A DNA stretch of 64,000 bases from Heterodontus francisci (taxonomy: Eukaryota), in the NCBI RefSeq assembly GCF_036365525.1, contig NC_090416.1, positions 15,100,945 through 15,164,944 on the forward strand. Direction: 5' to 3'. Shown here piece after piece: positions 49,801 through 62,935 of this stretch. Numbering within the stretch: the stretch's first letter is position 1; the number at the start of each line of letters is the position of its first letter. The notes under the pieces are model-generated. The model was not told the origin of the DNA, searched no databases, and was given only the letters and a program-made list of their open reading frames with translations. A program made the translations under genes and the position numbers.

Positions 49801-52800
49801 CCCTTGTAGGGAACAGTATAGAGAGGGGGATTGACACATCTTCCCTGCAGCAAAGAGCGAGAATCCCAAAGGCTGTGTGGCCTGCCCGGTGCCAGCGTTC
49901 AGGACATCTGCTCAGGGCTGGAGAGGAACTTACAGTGGGAGGAGGAGGATCCAGTTGTCGTGGTCCATGTAGGCACCAATGACATAGGCAGGACCAAGAC
50001 GTTCTGCAAAGTCAGTATGAGGAGCTCGGCACCAAATTAAGAAGCAGAATCTCAAAGGTAATAATCTCTGGATTATTACCTGAGACACATACAAATTGGA
50101 GTAGGGCAAATCAGATTGGAGAAATGAATGTGTGTGGTCGAAGTAGGTTCTGATTCATTGGACACGGGCTAGGGAAAGTGGTGGCTGTCCCGTTGGGACA
50201 GTCCACTCCTGAACCATTTCCGGGACCAGTGTTCTAGCGAGTCTTATAACTGGGGAAGTAGAGAGGGGTTTAAAATAAATAGTGGGGTAAAGACATCAAA
50301 TTCGGAATTGTGTGGTCAATAAAAGAGTAGAGACAAGGCAAGAAAGAAAGACATAAATATGGGATAAGATAAACTGACTGTGACAGGAAGGGACAGTGAG
50401 TACAAATCTAAGAGTAAATCAGCAGACAAGGCCAGAGGTAACAAAAATAACAAAAGAAAACAAAATTCTGCATCTGAATGCAGGTAGCATTCAAACAAAA
50501 CAGATGAACTGATGACGCAAATACAAATAAATACGGAGGATCTGATAGCCATTACAGAGACATGGCTGCAACATGACATAGATTGGGATCTGAATATTGA
50601 AGGGTACCTGACATTCTAAGAAGGGCAGGAAGCTCGGAAAAGGTGGAGGGGTGGCCCTGTTAATTAATGATGATATTAGCAGAACAGAGAGGAATGATCT
50701 GTGTTCAGGAATTCGGGATGTAGAAGCGGTTTGGATCGAGATGAGAAATAATAAAGGCAAGAAGTTTACTTGTGGAAGTGGTGTGCAGGCTCCCTAACAG
50801 AACCTACTTGGTAGGATTGAATATAAGGGGAAAAAAATGGGAGCTTGTCAGAAAGGTACAGCAATCATCATGGGGGATTCTAATCAATATATAGACTGGG
50901 AGAATCAGATGGGCAAAGGTAGCCTCGATGAGGAGTTCATGGAATGTTTTCAGGATAGTTTCTGACAACAGCACGTTCTGGAGCCAACCAGAGAGCCAGC
51001 TACACTGGATCTGCGATTGTGTAACGTGATCGGATCAATTTATGACCTCATAGTGAAGGCATGACTAGGCAGCAGTAATCATAATAGGTGTATGTTTTAC
51101 ATTTAATTTGAGGGAGAGAAGAGTGGGTCTAAGACGAGCACTTTAAACTTCAATAAGGGCATGAAAGCAGAGTTAGCAAAAGTGAACTGAGAAAGTAGGT
51201 TAAGGGATGGGTCAATAGAGATGCAGTGGCAGATATTTGAGGGGATATTTCAGAATACACAGCTTAGATACATTCCAACAAGAAAGAAAAATTCCAATAA
51301 CCATTCGTGGTTAACTAAAAAAGTTCAAGATAGTACCAAACTTAAAGAAAAGCCATATAATTGTGAAAAGATGGGTGGCAGTTCAGAAGATTGGACACAA
51401 TATAAAAACACAGCAAAGAATTACTAAAAGATTAATAAGGAGGGAGAAATTCGACTGCGAAAACAGCTGGCTAGAAATATTCTATAGCAAGTAAGTCTGG
51501 TGATTAATAATGGAAAAATAAGGAGATGGCAGATGAATTGAACAGGAATTTTGCATCAATATCCACCTTAGAGGATTCAAGTGGCATCCCACAAATAGCT
51601 GTAAATCAGGAAATGGAAGGGAGAGAGGAACTCAAGAAAATTACAATCACCAGAGAAGTGGTACTGAGCAAATTGTTGGAGCTGCAGACTGACAAGTCTC
51701 TGGGTCTTGATGGACTTCATCCTAGAGTCTTAAAAGAAGTGGCTAGTGAGATAGTTGATGCGTTGGATTTAATTTTCCAAAACTCCCTAGATTTGGACTG
51801 GGTTCCATTTGATTGTAAAATGGCCAATGTAACTGCTTTATTCAAAAAGGGAGGGAGACAGAAAGCAGAAAACTACAGGTCCGTTAGCTTAACATCTGTC
51901 ATAGAGAAAATGTTAGAAGCGATTATTAAAGACGTTATAGTAGGGCATTTAGTAAATTCAAGGTAATCAGGCATAATAGCTTTGCGAAAGGGAAATCATG
52001 TTTAACCAGTTTATTGGAGTCAATTCTTTGCGGGAGTTGCATGTGCTGCGGATAAAGGGGATGTATTGTTCTTAGATTTCCTGAAGGCGTCTGATAAGGT
52101 GCCATTTCAAAGGTTATTGCAGAAAATAAAAGCTCATCGTGTAAGGGGTAACATTTTGTCATGGATAGAAGTGTAGTTGAAGAAGTGTAGTTAGCTAAAA
52201 CGGAACTGAGAGTAAGCAAAATGGGTCATTTTCTGATTGGCAAGATGTAATGAATGGTGGACCACAAGAATCAGTTCTGGGGCCCTAAATTTTTGCAATT
52301 TATACAATTAAGTTGGATAAAGGGGCTGAAGGTATTGTTGATAAATTTGCTGATGACACAAAGATAGGTGGGAACATAAGCTGTGAAGTGGGAAGAAGGA
52401 ACTACTAAGGGATATAGATAGGTTACGTGAGTGGGCAAAAATCTGGAAAATCGGGTATGATGTGGGAAAATGGAAAATTGTCCATTTTGGCAGGAAAAAT
52501 AAAAAAATAAGCATATTATCTAAATGGTGAGAGATTGCAGAGGGATCTGTGTGTCCTCGTGCATGAATCACAAATGGTTAGTATGCAGGTACAGCAAGCA
52601 ATTTGGAAAGCTATTCGAATTTTGTTGTTTATTGCAAAGGAAATTGAATAAAAAGTAGGGAGTTCATGCCGCAGTTATACAAGGCATTGTTGAGACCAGA
52701 TCTGACGTACTGTGTATAGTTTTAGTTTCCTTATATAAGGGAGGGTGTAACTGCATTGGAAGCAGTTCAGCGAAGGTTTACTAGTCTAATACCCGGAATG

Positions 52801-53250
52801 GACAGGTTGTCTTATGAGGAGATTTTGGACAGCCTAGGTTTGTATCCACTGGAGTTTAGAAGAGTAAGAGGTGTCTTGATTGAAACATATAAGATTCTGA
52901 GCTGTCTAGAAAGGGTGGATTTGGAAAGGATGATTCCCCTTGTGGGACAATCTAGAACTAGGGGTAACTGTTTGTAGATAAGGGGTCGCCTTGTGGAGAT
53001 GTGGAGAATTCTTTTCACTCAGAGGGTTGTGAGACTTTGGAATTCTCTTCCTCAAAAGGCGGTGGAAGCAGAGTCTTTGAATATTTTTAAGGTAGAGGGA
53101 GATAGATTCTTGATAAGCAAGGGGTTGAAAGGTGATCGGGAGGAGGCCGGAATGTAGAGTTGAGGTTACAATCAGATCATCCATGACCTTCTTGAAAGAC
53201 GTAGCAGGCTCGAGGGGCCGAGTGGCCAACTCCTGTTCCTAATTCGTATA
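49801..53250 (+). mobile_element. CR1 LINE, third duplicated copy
   Basis: Same insertion flanks. VHVGTNDI and DGLHPRVLKEV motifs. Confidence 0.88.
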
Positions 53251-55064
53251 TTTGGAAATCAAACATTCAGGTGATGAGCTGAGCTCAGGATAATCCTCAA
53301 CTTTCACTTTTTGGTTTGGGAATAACCTCCATTATACTCACAAGCAAACCTATGTAATTAGCAGGTTGCGCATTGCGCCCCTGCTTCAGTGCATTCATGG
53401 TACACAGGATTATTACGTCATGACGCAGGGTTAAAATGTAAATACGCTCGTGGTCACTCACACTAATCGCCTCCCACCACCATCCCTGCACATGCTCAGT
53501 GGTGACACTCAGTGTCTCTTGTTCTGAGGTCATTTCGCAGACATGATTAAACATATTCAGATTCCTCACTTCCTTATCCAGCAGCAGGGGAACAGGAGTA
53601 GATCCAAAGTGGATTATCTCACACTCCCCCACATTGAGCGACACCTGTCACATTTCAGTCCACTCACAACCTGGATAGACCCGCTTGGTACTTACTGCTC
53701 ACATCCTACACACGTTACTGTGTCTCCTAACATAACACCGCCTACCAACCTGGATATAAAACACCCGACTCCTTCACCTGAGTCACTAATAAATATGATG
53801 GAAGGATTGAGGCCCCAGCACTAATCCCTGGAGAACCGTCCGTGCCACATACGGAGAACCTGAGACCTCCTATTTATCCCCACTCCCTGTCTCCTGCCTC
53901 TCAACCAATTTCCAACCCAAATCGAAAGGCTGCCTCCAATTCCATGTACGTCAATTGTGACAATAATCTTTAGTGTAGAACCTGATTTATGCCTTATCCA
54001 GAGACCATCCGGATAACATTTATGGACACTCCTTTGTCTAAGAATAGCAACGGCCTCAAGAGATGGAACTATATTAATCAGACATTATTTAACTTTAACA
54101 AAGCCATGTTGGTCCCTCTGTTCAGTTTACATTAAATAGTGTTCACTCTCACTATCCCCAATGACAGAGTGTAATAGCTTCCCTACAACTGATGTGACAC
54201 AGACAGGCCGGTAGTTACCTGGTTCCACTCTCCCACCCTTCTTAAATTATCCAATGTCTGAAGTACTGTGTACAGTTCTGGAAAGACTATCGCAGAAAGT
54301 GAATAATGGATGATGTGGAGACACACCAGAATGTAACCAGGGATCCAAGTGTTAAATTATGTGGAACGATTACATAATCTAGGCTTGTATTGCTGGAATA
54401 TGGAATGTTAAAGGCCGATTTGACTGAGATTTGTAGGATTTTGAAAAGGATTGATAGGGTACATTGAGAGAAACTACTCCTCCAGTAGGGAGCGATGTCC
54501 TGAACAAGGAGACATGTTTTAAAATTATTAAATCCAATGGGGAATTCAGGAGAAACTTATTTTCCCAGAGAGTGGTGAGAATGTGGAACTCACTACCACA
54601 GGGAGTGGTTGGGGCAAATAGCAGAGATAAGTGTTTCTGTCCTGTACTTTCATATAATGTTGTCTGGGCTGTAAACTATGCTCTCAGTTCCCTCAATGTC
54701 ACTTTAAGTGTTGAATAAAGTTGAACCATATTAATTTCAGGTCAGCATTTCATCTTTATTAAGAGCTGTATGACACAAGTTCCCAAACACAACACGGTCA
54801 CCGACTAAAGGGGAATCCGTTCCCATTTTACACACAGCGGAAGTTTACACACAGGAAATTGGGGACAATTCTACAGGAAATTCCATGTCACAAAGTCAGA
54901 CAATCATTTCACCCGCCTCTGATATTATTCAACATTCGGGTTGTCCGCCAAAAACTGACATTGCTACAGTGATTACATTGCAAAACAACAAAAAAAGAGG
55001 ATTCCACATATTGAATAATATTTCATCAGCAATAAATCAAACTCTAAACCCCAGTTGCCTCCTC

Positions 55065-55393
55065 TCAGTCGGAACAAGCGGTGGAGCTGATGGTTTTGAG
55101 GAGAGGTGAGCTCAGAGAGCCGTGGTCCACACTGCAGGTATAGCTGGAGCCCTTATTCCAGGCAGTGGCGGGGACTCTCAGGTAACTGCTCAGGCTGTAG
55201 GTTTGATCACTGTCCGTGGACACGGTGCCTGTGGTCACCCCGCTGTCTGTCTCTTTATCATCCACTCTCCAGAGAACCCGCACGAAACCCGGCTTAAAGT
55301 GGCTCACCAGGCAGGACAGAGTAGCCCATCCGGAGTCTATTTCTTCTGAGGAAGGAGGGAGCAGAAGAACTGATGGTTTCCGATCCTCACTAC
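55065..55393 (-). CDS. IgL constant exon C4
   Basis: Open 329-nt C exon ending STACSD*. Confidence 0.95.
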
Positions 55394-57723
55394 CTGTTTT
55401 TGAGGGAAAAGAAAATTCATTAATATATAACCCATTCGCAGTGGGACACTCTGAGCTGAAATCTGATTGGATGCTGCATTAACTCTCCTTATTCACATTA
55501 ACTTTAAACTGAATTACTGATCCATTCTGTAGTTCCAATAAATTCTTAGGTCTCTCGTTCCTGAGCTCATCTGCCAATTCATTTTCCTCGAGTACAACAG
55601 TGACGATAGTTCAAAATTACTTCATTTGGATCCGAGGACCTTAAAACTGCTGCATAAATGACCGAATCACAGACTGGGAGGGAGCAGCGGGAGTCCATTT
55701 TGCCCATCGTGTTGGCTCTTTGAAAGAGCTATCCAATTAGTTCCCGCTCCCCCCACTCTTTCCCCATATCCTTGCAAAATTTCTCAATTTCATGTATTTG
55801 TCCAATTCCCCTATTGAAAGTTACTATTGAATCTGTTTCCACCGTCCTTTCAGGCAGTGCGTTCCAGATTGCAACAACTCGGTACGTTAAAAAAAACTCT
55901 CCTCATCTCCCCCTCTGGTTCTTTTACTAATTATCTTCAACCTGTGTCCTTCTGGTTACCGACCCTCCTGTCAGTGGAAACAGTTTCTCCTCATTTCCTC
56001 TGTCGAAACCCTTCCTGATTTTGAACGCCTCAGTTAAGTCTCCCCTTAACCTTCTCTGCTCCAAGCAGAACAATCCCAGCTTCTCCCAGTCTCTCCACAT
56101 TAAGTGAAGTCCCTCATCCCTGGTCCCATTCTGGGAAATCTCCCTCCACACTCTCTCCAACACCTTGACAGTGTGATGCCCAGAATTAGACCCTATACTC
56201 CAGCCGGGGCCTATCCAGTGCTTTATAAAGCATTAATGCATCCACTTTGTTTTGTCCGCTCTGCCTCTATTAATAAAGTCCAGGATACCATCAGCTTTTC
56301 AAACAGATTCCTCAATGAGTGCTGCTTCCGACAAAGATTAGCGTACACACAGCCCCAGGTCTCTCTGTTCCTGCACCCTCTTTGAAATTGTATCATGAAC
56401 AAGACAACCTTTCTTTCGGATAAAATAAGAACAAGGAAAGCTGCAACTGCAGACTGGCTCAGTCAGTAAGTGTGAAGATTAGCAATTGGCCGCTTCAGAT
56501 ACAGTTTACAGCCCCGAACCCGCACTCAGCTGTCTGTACCCGATATAAACACTGAGCAACCGGCTGCATTTTCCAGTATTTCCACTTTATATTTACATAT
56601 ACATTTCCAATATTTGCTGGTTCTTTTTTGTTACCATTTGTATATAATGCCGCGTTTGCTTGTCTTAAAATGCAGTCAGTGTTAACGTTAAAGATGTGAA
56701 TTCATGGAGCTGTGACCTGCTTTTAACTGAGTGTCCATATATTTTCTGACATCACAAACAGCGCAGATTCAACACAAAGATACCGGGGATAAAAGGGTTC
56801 AATTGAAGTCTTGAAGATGAATGTACTCAATGACTGAGTATTCAAAGCGCCCTGTTAAAGCAGAACCTTCAAACTCGAGCCAGGCCGTTCAGGGATGATG
56901 TCAGGGAGCATTTCCTCACACAAAGGGGAGTGGAAATCTGGAACTCTCTCCCCCAAAGTGCTGTTGAAACTCGGAGAGGGATCAATTAGCAAATTCAAAG
57001 CTGAGGTTGCTAGATTTTTGCTGGAGAAGGCGATTAAGGGTTACAGAACCAAGGGGTTAATATACAGATCAGCCATCGTCTAACTGAATGGTGGATTAGA
57101 CTGGAGGCCGCAATGATTTCAACCAAGTCCACTCTAAAATAAATTATCTGGTCATTATCTCATTGCTGTTAGTGGGATCTTGCTGTGCGCAGATTGGCTG
57201 TCTGTGTCCTGAAAGGCACTAAGACTGGCATTTCTATAGCGCCTTTCACAACCTCATGACTTCCCAAAGCGCCTTAGAGACAATGAAATACTTTCTGAAG
57301 TGTGCTCACTGTTGCAATGTAGAAATGCGGCCGCCAATATTAGCACAGCACAATCCCAACATCAGCCCGACGATAAATACCAGTTACACTGTTTTTAGTG
57401 ATACTGAGAGAGGGATAAATATTGTTCACAGGAGATCTCTCTCTGCTCGATCAAAAGACAGCGCAGAGACGAGAATGTTGTGGTTGACACAGGGATTGTT
57501 GGAAATGGAGAATGAAGAATACTCTTAAACTAATTTTTGGAACAGTTCCTTTCCCCCTGATGCGGAGTAATGCCAATTCTAACCTGTTTAACGTTTCTGG
57601 GTGTAAATATATCCAACATCAAATTCGCGAAATCGAAATTCATCTGCCGCTCGGCAATAAAATTGGCCATAAATGAATAAATAATTGAAACAATATGAAT
57701 GATAGGATGAGGGAATTACTTAC

Positions 57724-57760
57724 TCCGCAAACTCAGGGCGGTCCCAGGTCCGAAGATCCA
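57724..57760 (-). CDS. IgL J segment 4 (WIFGPGTALSLR)
   Basis: FGxG motif. RSS23 at 57761-57799. Confidence 0.93.
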
Positions 57761-58142
57761 CACAGTGCAGCATTTTAATGGGACGGGTCACCTAAAACCC
57801 AGGCTGGGAAGAAAGAGGGGAAAATATTAATAATCTGTCCTTTATCACATTCCCTTTCACATTCTGTCTTTCACAGGGGCCGGAATGCTGACAGCCTGCA
57901 GAAAGATTTTCACATATCAGTGAGGAAACCCTGAGAATATCAGTGTTTACCTACCCAGCTAATAGTCCAAATATTGGGGAAAATCCAAATAAACCCATGG
58001 AATTCCAGTGACATTTTCCTCAAGTTACATAAGGAATATTTCTGAAACTCATTCCACAGTCTCAGGCAGGAATATTTCAGTAGCTGTTGAAATTCTGAGT
58101 GGTTCTGTTGATACAGTTTTTGTATTGCCCTGTCTCACTGTG

Positions 58143-58470
58143 TATGTCGCTGCTGAGCTATCGTAGGCAGCACAGTAATAGACGGCGGAGTCTTCCGGTT
58201 CCAAGCTGCTGATGGTCAGAATGTGACTGTTACTGGAGGTGTCTCTGGAAGGTTTAAAACGGTCCGTGAAGCCGGTGCCTCGATAGATGTCATCATCTGG
58301 TTGGTGCTCTAACACCCACACCGGAGCCTCCCCGGGTCTCTGTCGGTACCAGTACATGTAGTAACTGCCCACATTGCCGTTCTGCATCGCACACTTTAAC
58401 TCGGAGGTCTCACCGGTGGAGACTGGGTCGGAAATTGGGGTCTGATTGAGGACAGGAACCGCCAGGACAC
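58143..58470 (-). CDS. IgL V segment 4
   Basis: Open V ending CAAYDSSAAT. RSS12 at 58115-58142. Confidence 0.95.
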
Positions 58471-58612
58471 CTTCAACACAAAACACAAGAGAGAGAAAAA
58501 CACATTCAGTTTATTGGAGTAAATAGGTCATTCATACATCAATAAACATGGCTGTAAAACCGGCCCATTCTCGGTATTTAACGGCTAATCTGTGCCTAAA
58601 ACAATCTCTCAC

Positions 58613-58661
58613 CTGTTAAGTGGAGCAGCAGGGCCCACAGGAGATGCATCACTGCAGCCAT
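58613..58661 (-). CDS. IgL leader exon 4
   Basis: MAAVMHLLWALLLHLT. Octamer at 58788-58795. Confidence 0.9.
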
Positions 58662-59476
58662 TCCACCGGAAAAAGCGACAACAGCAACTGCCCAAATGTC
58701 TGCCTGAACCTGTTGGTGTAAACTGGGAGAGCGGCTCCGCTTCCAGTGTCTGTAAACCAGAGACTCCGGGTCTATTTATTGCCCGGTATGCAAATGAGTG
58801 GGAGGGGCCAGAAAAACCTTGGCGGCAGATTCATCTTTCAAGATTGGGTTTAAAATCTATTTGTGTTTGATTACATATTTGTTAAAATCTTAACCTTTGC
58901 TTTGCCAATGTTTAATCGCCAATTGCAGTTTGCGTTGCGGGAAGGTTCCAATATCCGAAGATTTTTTGCGTTTAATAAATATTTCGTCTGTCCCTCCCCC
59001 AGAATCAGGAGGTGCGGGTTGTTGAGATACGAATTTATGGATTGACTTTGCCCTCAATCACGGGGGTAACGCGCTGTTAAGCTCTAATCAAAACAGAAAG
59101 TGCAATTTCAGATTTCCAGCATCTGTAGTATTTTGCTTTTATTTTAGTGTTAAACTCTGAAATCCTGCTTCACATTTTAAAATGTTCCATTCCCCTAAAA
59201 TACCCATGTCACAAGAGGCTGACACCCGTTTCTCTCAGTCAGCAGCAAGAGAAACCTACATTTATCCATCCCTTTTTAACATTTGACCTCACATGGGATT
59301 TGGTCTTCAGCCTGTAAATAAATCTCGGGTGAAAATATTCCTGAGGTGGAGGAAAGGACTCATTAGATAAACGGGAAAGGGTGAGGATGATGAGGGACAT
59401 TATAGTCCCTGCTCCAGTTCACAGAGAAGTTGTTATATTACAGCCTGAGTCACTCCTTCTAAAACACAGCAGGACA

Positions 59477-59676
59477 NNNNNNNNNNNNNNNNNNNNNNNN
59501 NNNNNNNNNNNNNNNNNNNNNNNNNNNNNNNNNNNNNNNNNNNNNNNNNNNNNNNNNNNNNNNNNNNNNNNNNNNNNNNNNNNNNNNNNNNNNNNNNNNN
59601 NNNNNNNNNNNNNNNNNNNNNNNNNNNNNNNNNNNNNNNNNNNNNNNNNNNNNNNNNNNNNNNNNNNNNNNNNNNN
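59477..59676. other. Assembly gap (200 N, round placeholder size)
   Basis: Run of N flanked by a direct duplication. Confidence 1.
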
Positions 59677-62600
59677 GTGCTTTATAAAGCATTAATGCAT
59701 CCACTTTGTTTTGTCCGCTCTGCCTCTATTAATAAAGTCCAGGATACCATCAGCTTTTCAAACAGATTCCTCAATGAGTGCTGCTTCCGACAAAGATTAG
59801 CGTACACACAGCCCCAGGTCTCTCTGTTCCTGCACCCTCTTTGAAATTGTATCATGAACAAGACAACCTTTCTTTCGGATAAAATAAGAACAAGGAAAGC
59901 TGCAACTGCAGACTGGCTCAGTCAGTAAGTGTGAAGATTAGCAATTGGCCGCTTCAGATACAGTTTACAGCCCCGAACCCGCACTCAGCTGTCTGTACCC
60001 GATATAAACACTGAGCAACCGGCTGCATTTTCCAGTATTTCCACTTTATATTTACATATACATTTCCAATATTTGCTGGTTCTTTTTTGTTACCATTTGT
60101 ATATAATGCCGCGTTTGCTTGTCTTAAAATGCAGTCAGTGTTAACGTTAAAGATGTGAATTCATGGAGCTGTGACCTGCTTTTAACTGAGTGTCCATATA
60201 TTTTCTGACATCACAAACAGCGCAGATTCAACACAAAGATACCGGGGATAAAAGGGTTCAATTGAAGTCTTGAAGATGAATGTACTCAATGACTGAGTAT
60301 TCAAAGCGCCCTGTTAAAGCAGAACCTTCAAACTCGAGCCAGGCCGTTCAGGGATGATGTCAGGGAGCATTTCCTCACACAAAGGGGAGTGGAAATCTGG
60401 AACTCTCTCCCCCAAAGTGCTGTTGAAACTCGGAGAGGGATCAATTAGCAAATTCAAAGCTGAGGTTGCTAGATTTTTGCTGGAGAAGGCGATTAAGGGT
60501 TACAGAACCAAGGGGTTAATATACAGATCAGCCATCGTCTAACTGAATGGTGGATTAGACTGGAGGCCGCAATGATTTCAACCAAGTCCACTCTAAAATA
60601 AATTATCTGGTCATTATCTCATTGCTGTTAGTGGGATCTTGCTGTGCGCAGATTGGCTGTCTGTGTCCTGAAAGGCACTAAGACTGGCATTTCTATAGCG
60701 CCTTTCACAACCTCATGACTTCCCAAAGCGCCTTAGAGACAATGAAATACTTTCTGAAGTGTGCTCACTGTTGCAATGTAGAAATGCGGCCGCCAATATT
60801 AGCACAGCACAATCCCAACATCAGCCCGACGATAAATACCAGTTACACTGTTTTTAGTGATACTGAGAGAGGGATAAATATTGTTCACAGGAGATCTCTC
60901 TCTGCTCGATCAAAAGACAGCGCAGAGACGAGAATGTTGTGGTTGACACAGGGATTGTTGGAAATGGAGAATGAAGAATACTCTTAAACTAATTTTTGGA
61001 ACAGTTCCTTTCCCCCTGATGCGGAGTAATGCCAATTCTAACCTGTTTAACGTTTCTGGGTGTAAATATATCCAACATCAAATTCGCGAAATCGAAATTC
61101 ATCTGCCGCTCGGCAATAAAATTGGCCATAAATGAATAAATAATTGAAACAATATGAATGATAGGATGAGGGAATTACTTACTCCGCAAACTCAGGGCGG
61201 TCCCAGGTCCGAAGATCCACACAGTGCAGCATTTTAATGGGACGGGTCACCTAAAACCCAGGCTGGGAAGAAAGAGGGGAAAATATTAATAATCTGTCCT
61301 TTATCACATTCCCTTTCACATTCTGTCTTTCACAGGGGCCGGAATGCTGACAGCCTGCAGAAAGATTTTCACATATCAGTGAGGAAACCCTGAGAATATC
61401 AGTGTTTACCTACCCAGCTAATAGTCCAAATATTGGGGAAAATCCAAATAAACCCATGGAATTCCAGTGACATTTTCCTCAAGTTACATAAGGAATATTT
61501 CTGAAACTCATTCCACAGTCTCAGGCAGGAATATTTCAGTAGCTGTTGAAATTCTGAGTGGTTCTGTTGATACAGTTTTTGTATTGCCCTGTCTCACTGT
61601 GTATGTCGCTGCTGAGCTATCGTAGGCAGCACAGTAATAGACGGCGGAGTCTTCCGGTTCCAAGCTGCTGATGGTCAGAATGTGACTGTTACTGGAGGTG
61701 TCTCTGGAAGGTTTAAAACGGTCCGTGAAGCCGGTGCCTCGATAGATGTCATCATCTGGTTGGTGCTCTAACACCCACACCGGAGCCTCCCCGGGTCTCT
61801 GTCGGTACCAGTACATGTAGTAACTGCCCACATTGCCGTTCTGCATCGCACACTTTAACTCGGAGGTCTCACCGGTGGAGACTGGGTCGGAAATTGGGGT
61901 CTGATTGAGGACAGGAACCGCCAGGACACCTTCAACACAAAACACAAGAGAGAGAAAAACACATTCAGTTTATTGGAGTAAATAGGTCATTCATACATCA
62001 ATAAACATGGCTGTAAAACCGGCCCATTCTCGGTATTTAACGGCTAATCTGTGCCTAAAACAATCTCTCACCTGTTAAGTGGAGCAGCAGGGCCCACAGG
62101 AGATGCATCACTGCAGCCATTCCACCGGAAAAAGCGACAACAGCAACTGCCCAAATGTCTGCCTGAACCTGTTGGTGTAAACTGGGAGAGCGGCTCCGCT
62201 TCCAGTGTCTGTAAACCAGAGACTCCGGGTCTATTTATTGCCCGGTATGCAAATGAGTGGGAGGGGCCAGAAAAACCTTGGCGGCAGATTCATCTTTCAA
62301 GATTGGGTTTAAAATCTATTTGTGTTTGATTACATATTTGTTAAAATCTTAACCTTTGCTTTGCCAATGTTTAATCGCCAATTGCAGTTTGCGTTGCGGG
62401 AAGGTTCCAATATCCGAAGATTTTTTGCGTTTAATAAATATTTCGTCTGTCCCTCCCCCAGAATCAGGAGGTGCGGGTTGTTGAGATACGAATTTATGGA
62501 TTGACTTTGCCCTCAATCACGGGGGTAACGCGCTGTTAAGCTCTAATCAAAACAGAAAGTGCAATTTCAGATTTCCAGCATCTGTAGTATTTTGCTTTTA

Positions 62601-62935
62601 TTTTAGTGTTAAACTCTGAAATCCTGCTTCACATTTTAAAATGTTCCATTCCCCTAAAATACCCATGTCACAAGAGGCTGACACCCGTTTCTCTCAGTCA
62701 GCAGCAAGAGAAACCTACATTTATCCATCCCTTTTTAACATTTGACCTCACATGGGATTTGGTCTTCAGCCTGTAAATAAATCTCGGGTGAAAATATTCC
62801 TGAGGTGGAGGAAAGGACTCATTAGATAAACGGGAAAGGGTGAGGATGATGAGGGACATTATAGTCCCTGCTCCAGTTCACAGAGAAGTTGTTATATTAC
62901 AGCCTGAGTCACTCCTTCTAAAACACAGCAGGACA
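59677..62935. repeat. Direct duplicate of 56218-59476 (J 61183-61219, V 61602-61929, leader 62072-62120, octamer 62247-62254); probably a contig-overlap artifact
   Basis: Constant offset of 3459 bp and identical ORF translations. One copy ends at the gap and the other begins at it. Confidence 0.85.
61602..61929 (-). CDS. IgL V segment, copy identical to V4
   Basis: Same translation as 58143-58470. RSS12 at 61574-61601. Confidence 0.75.
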
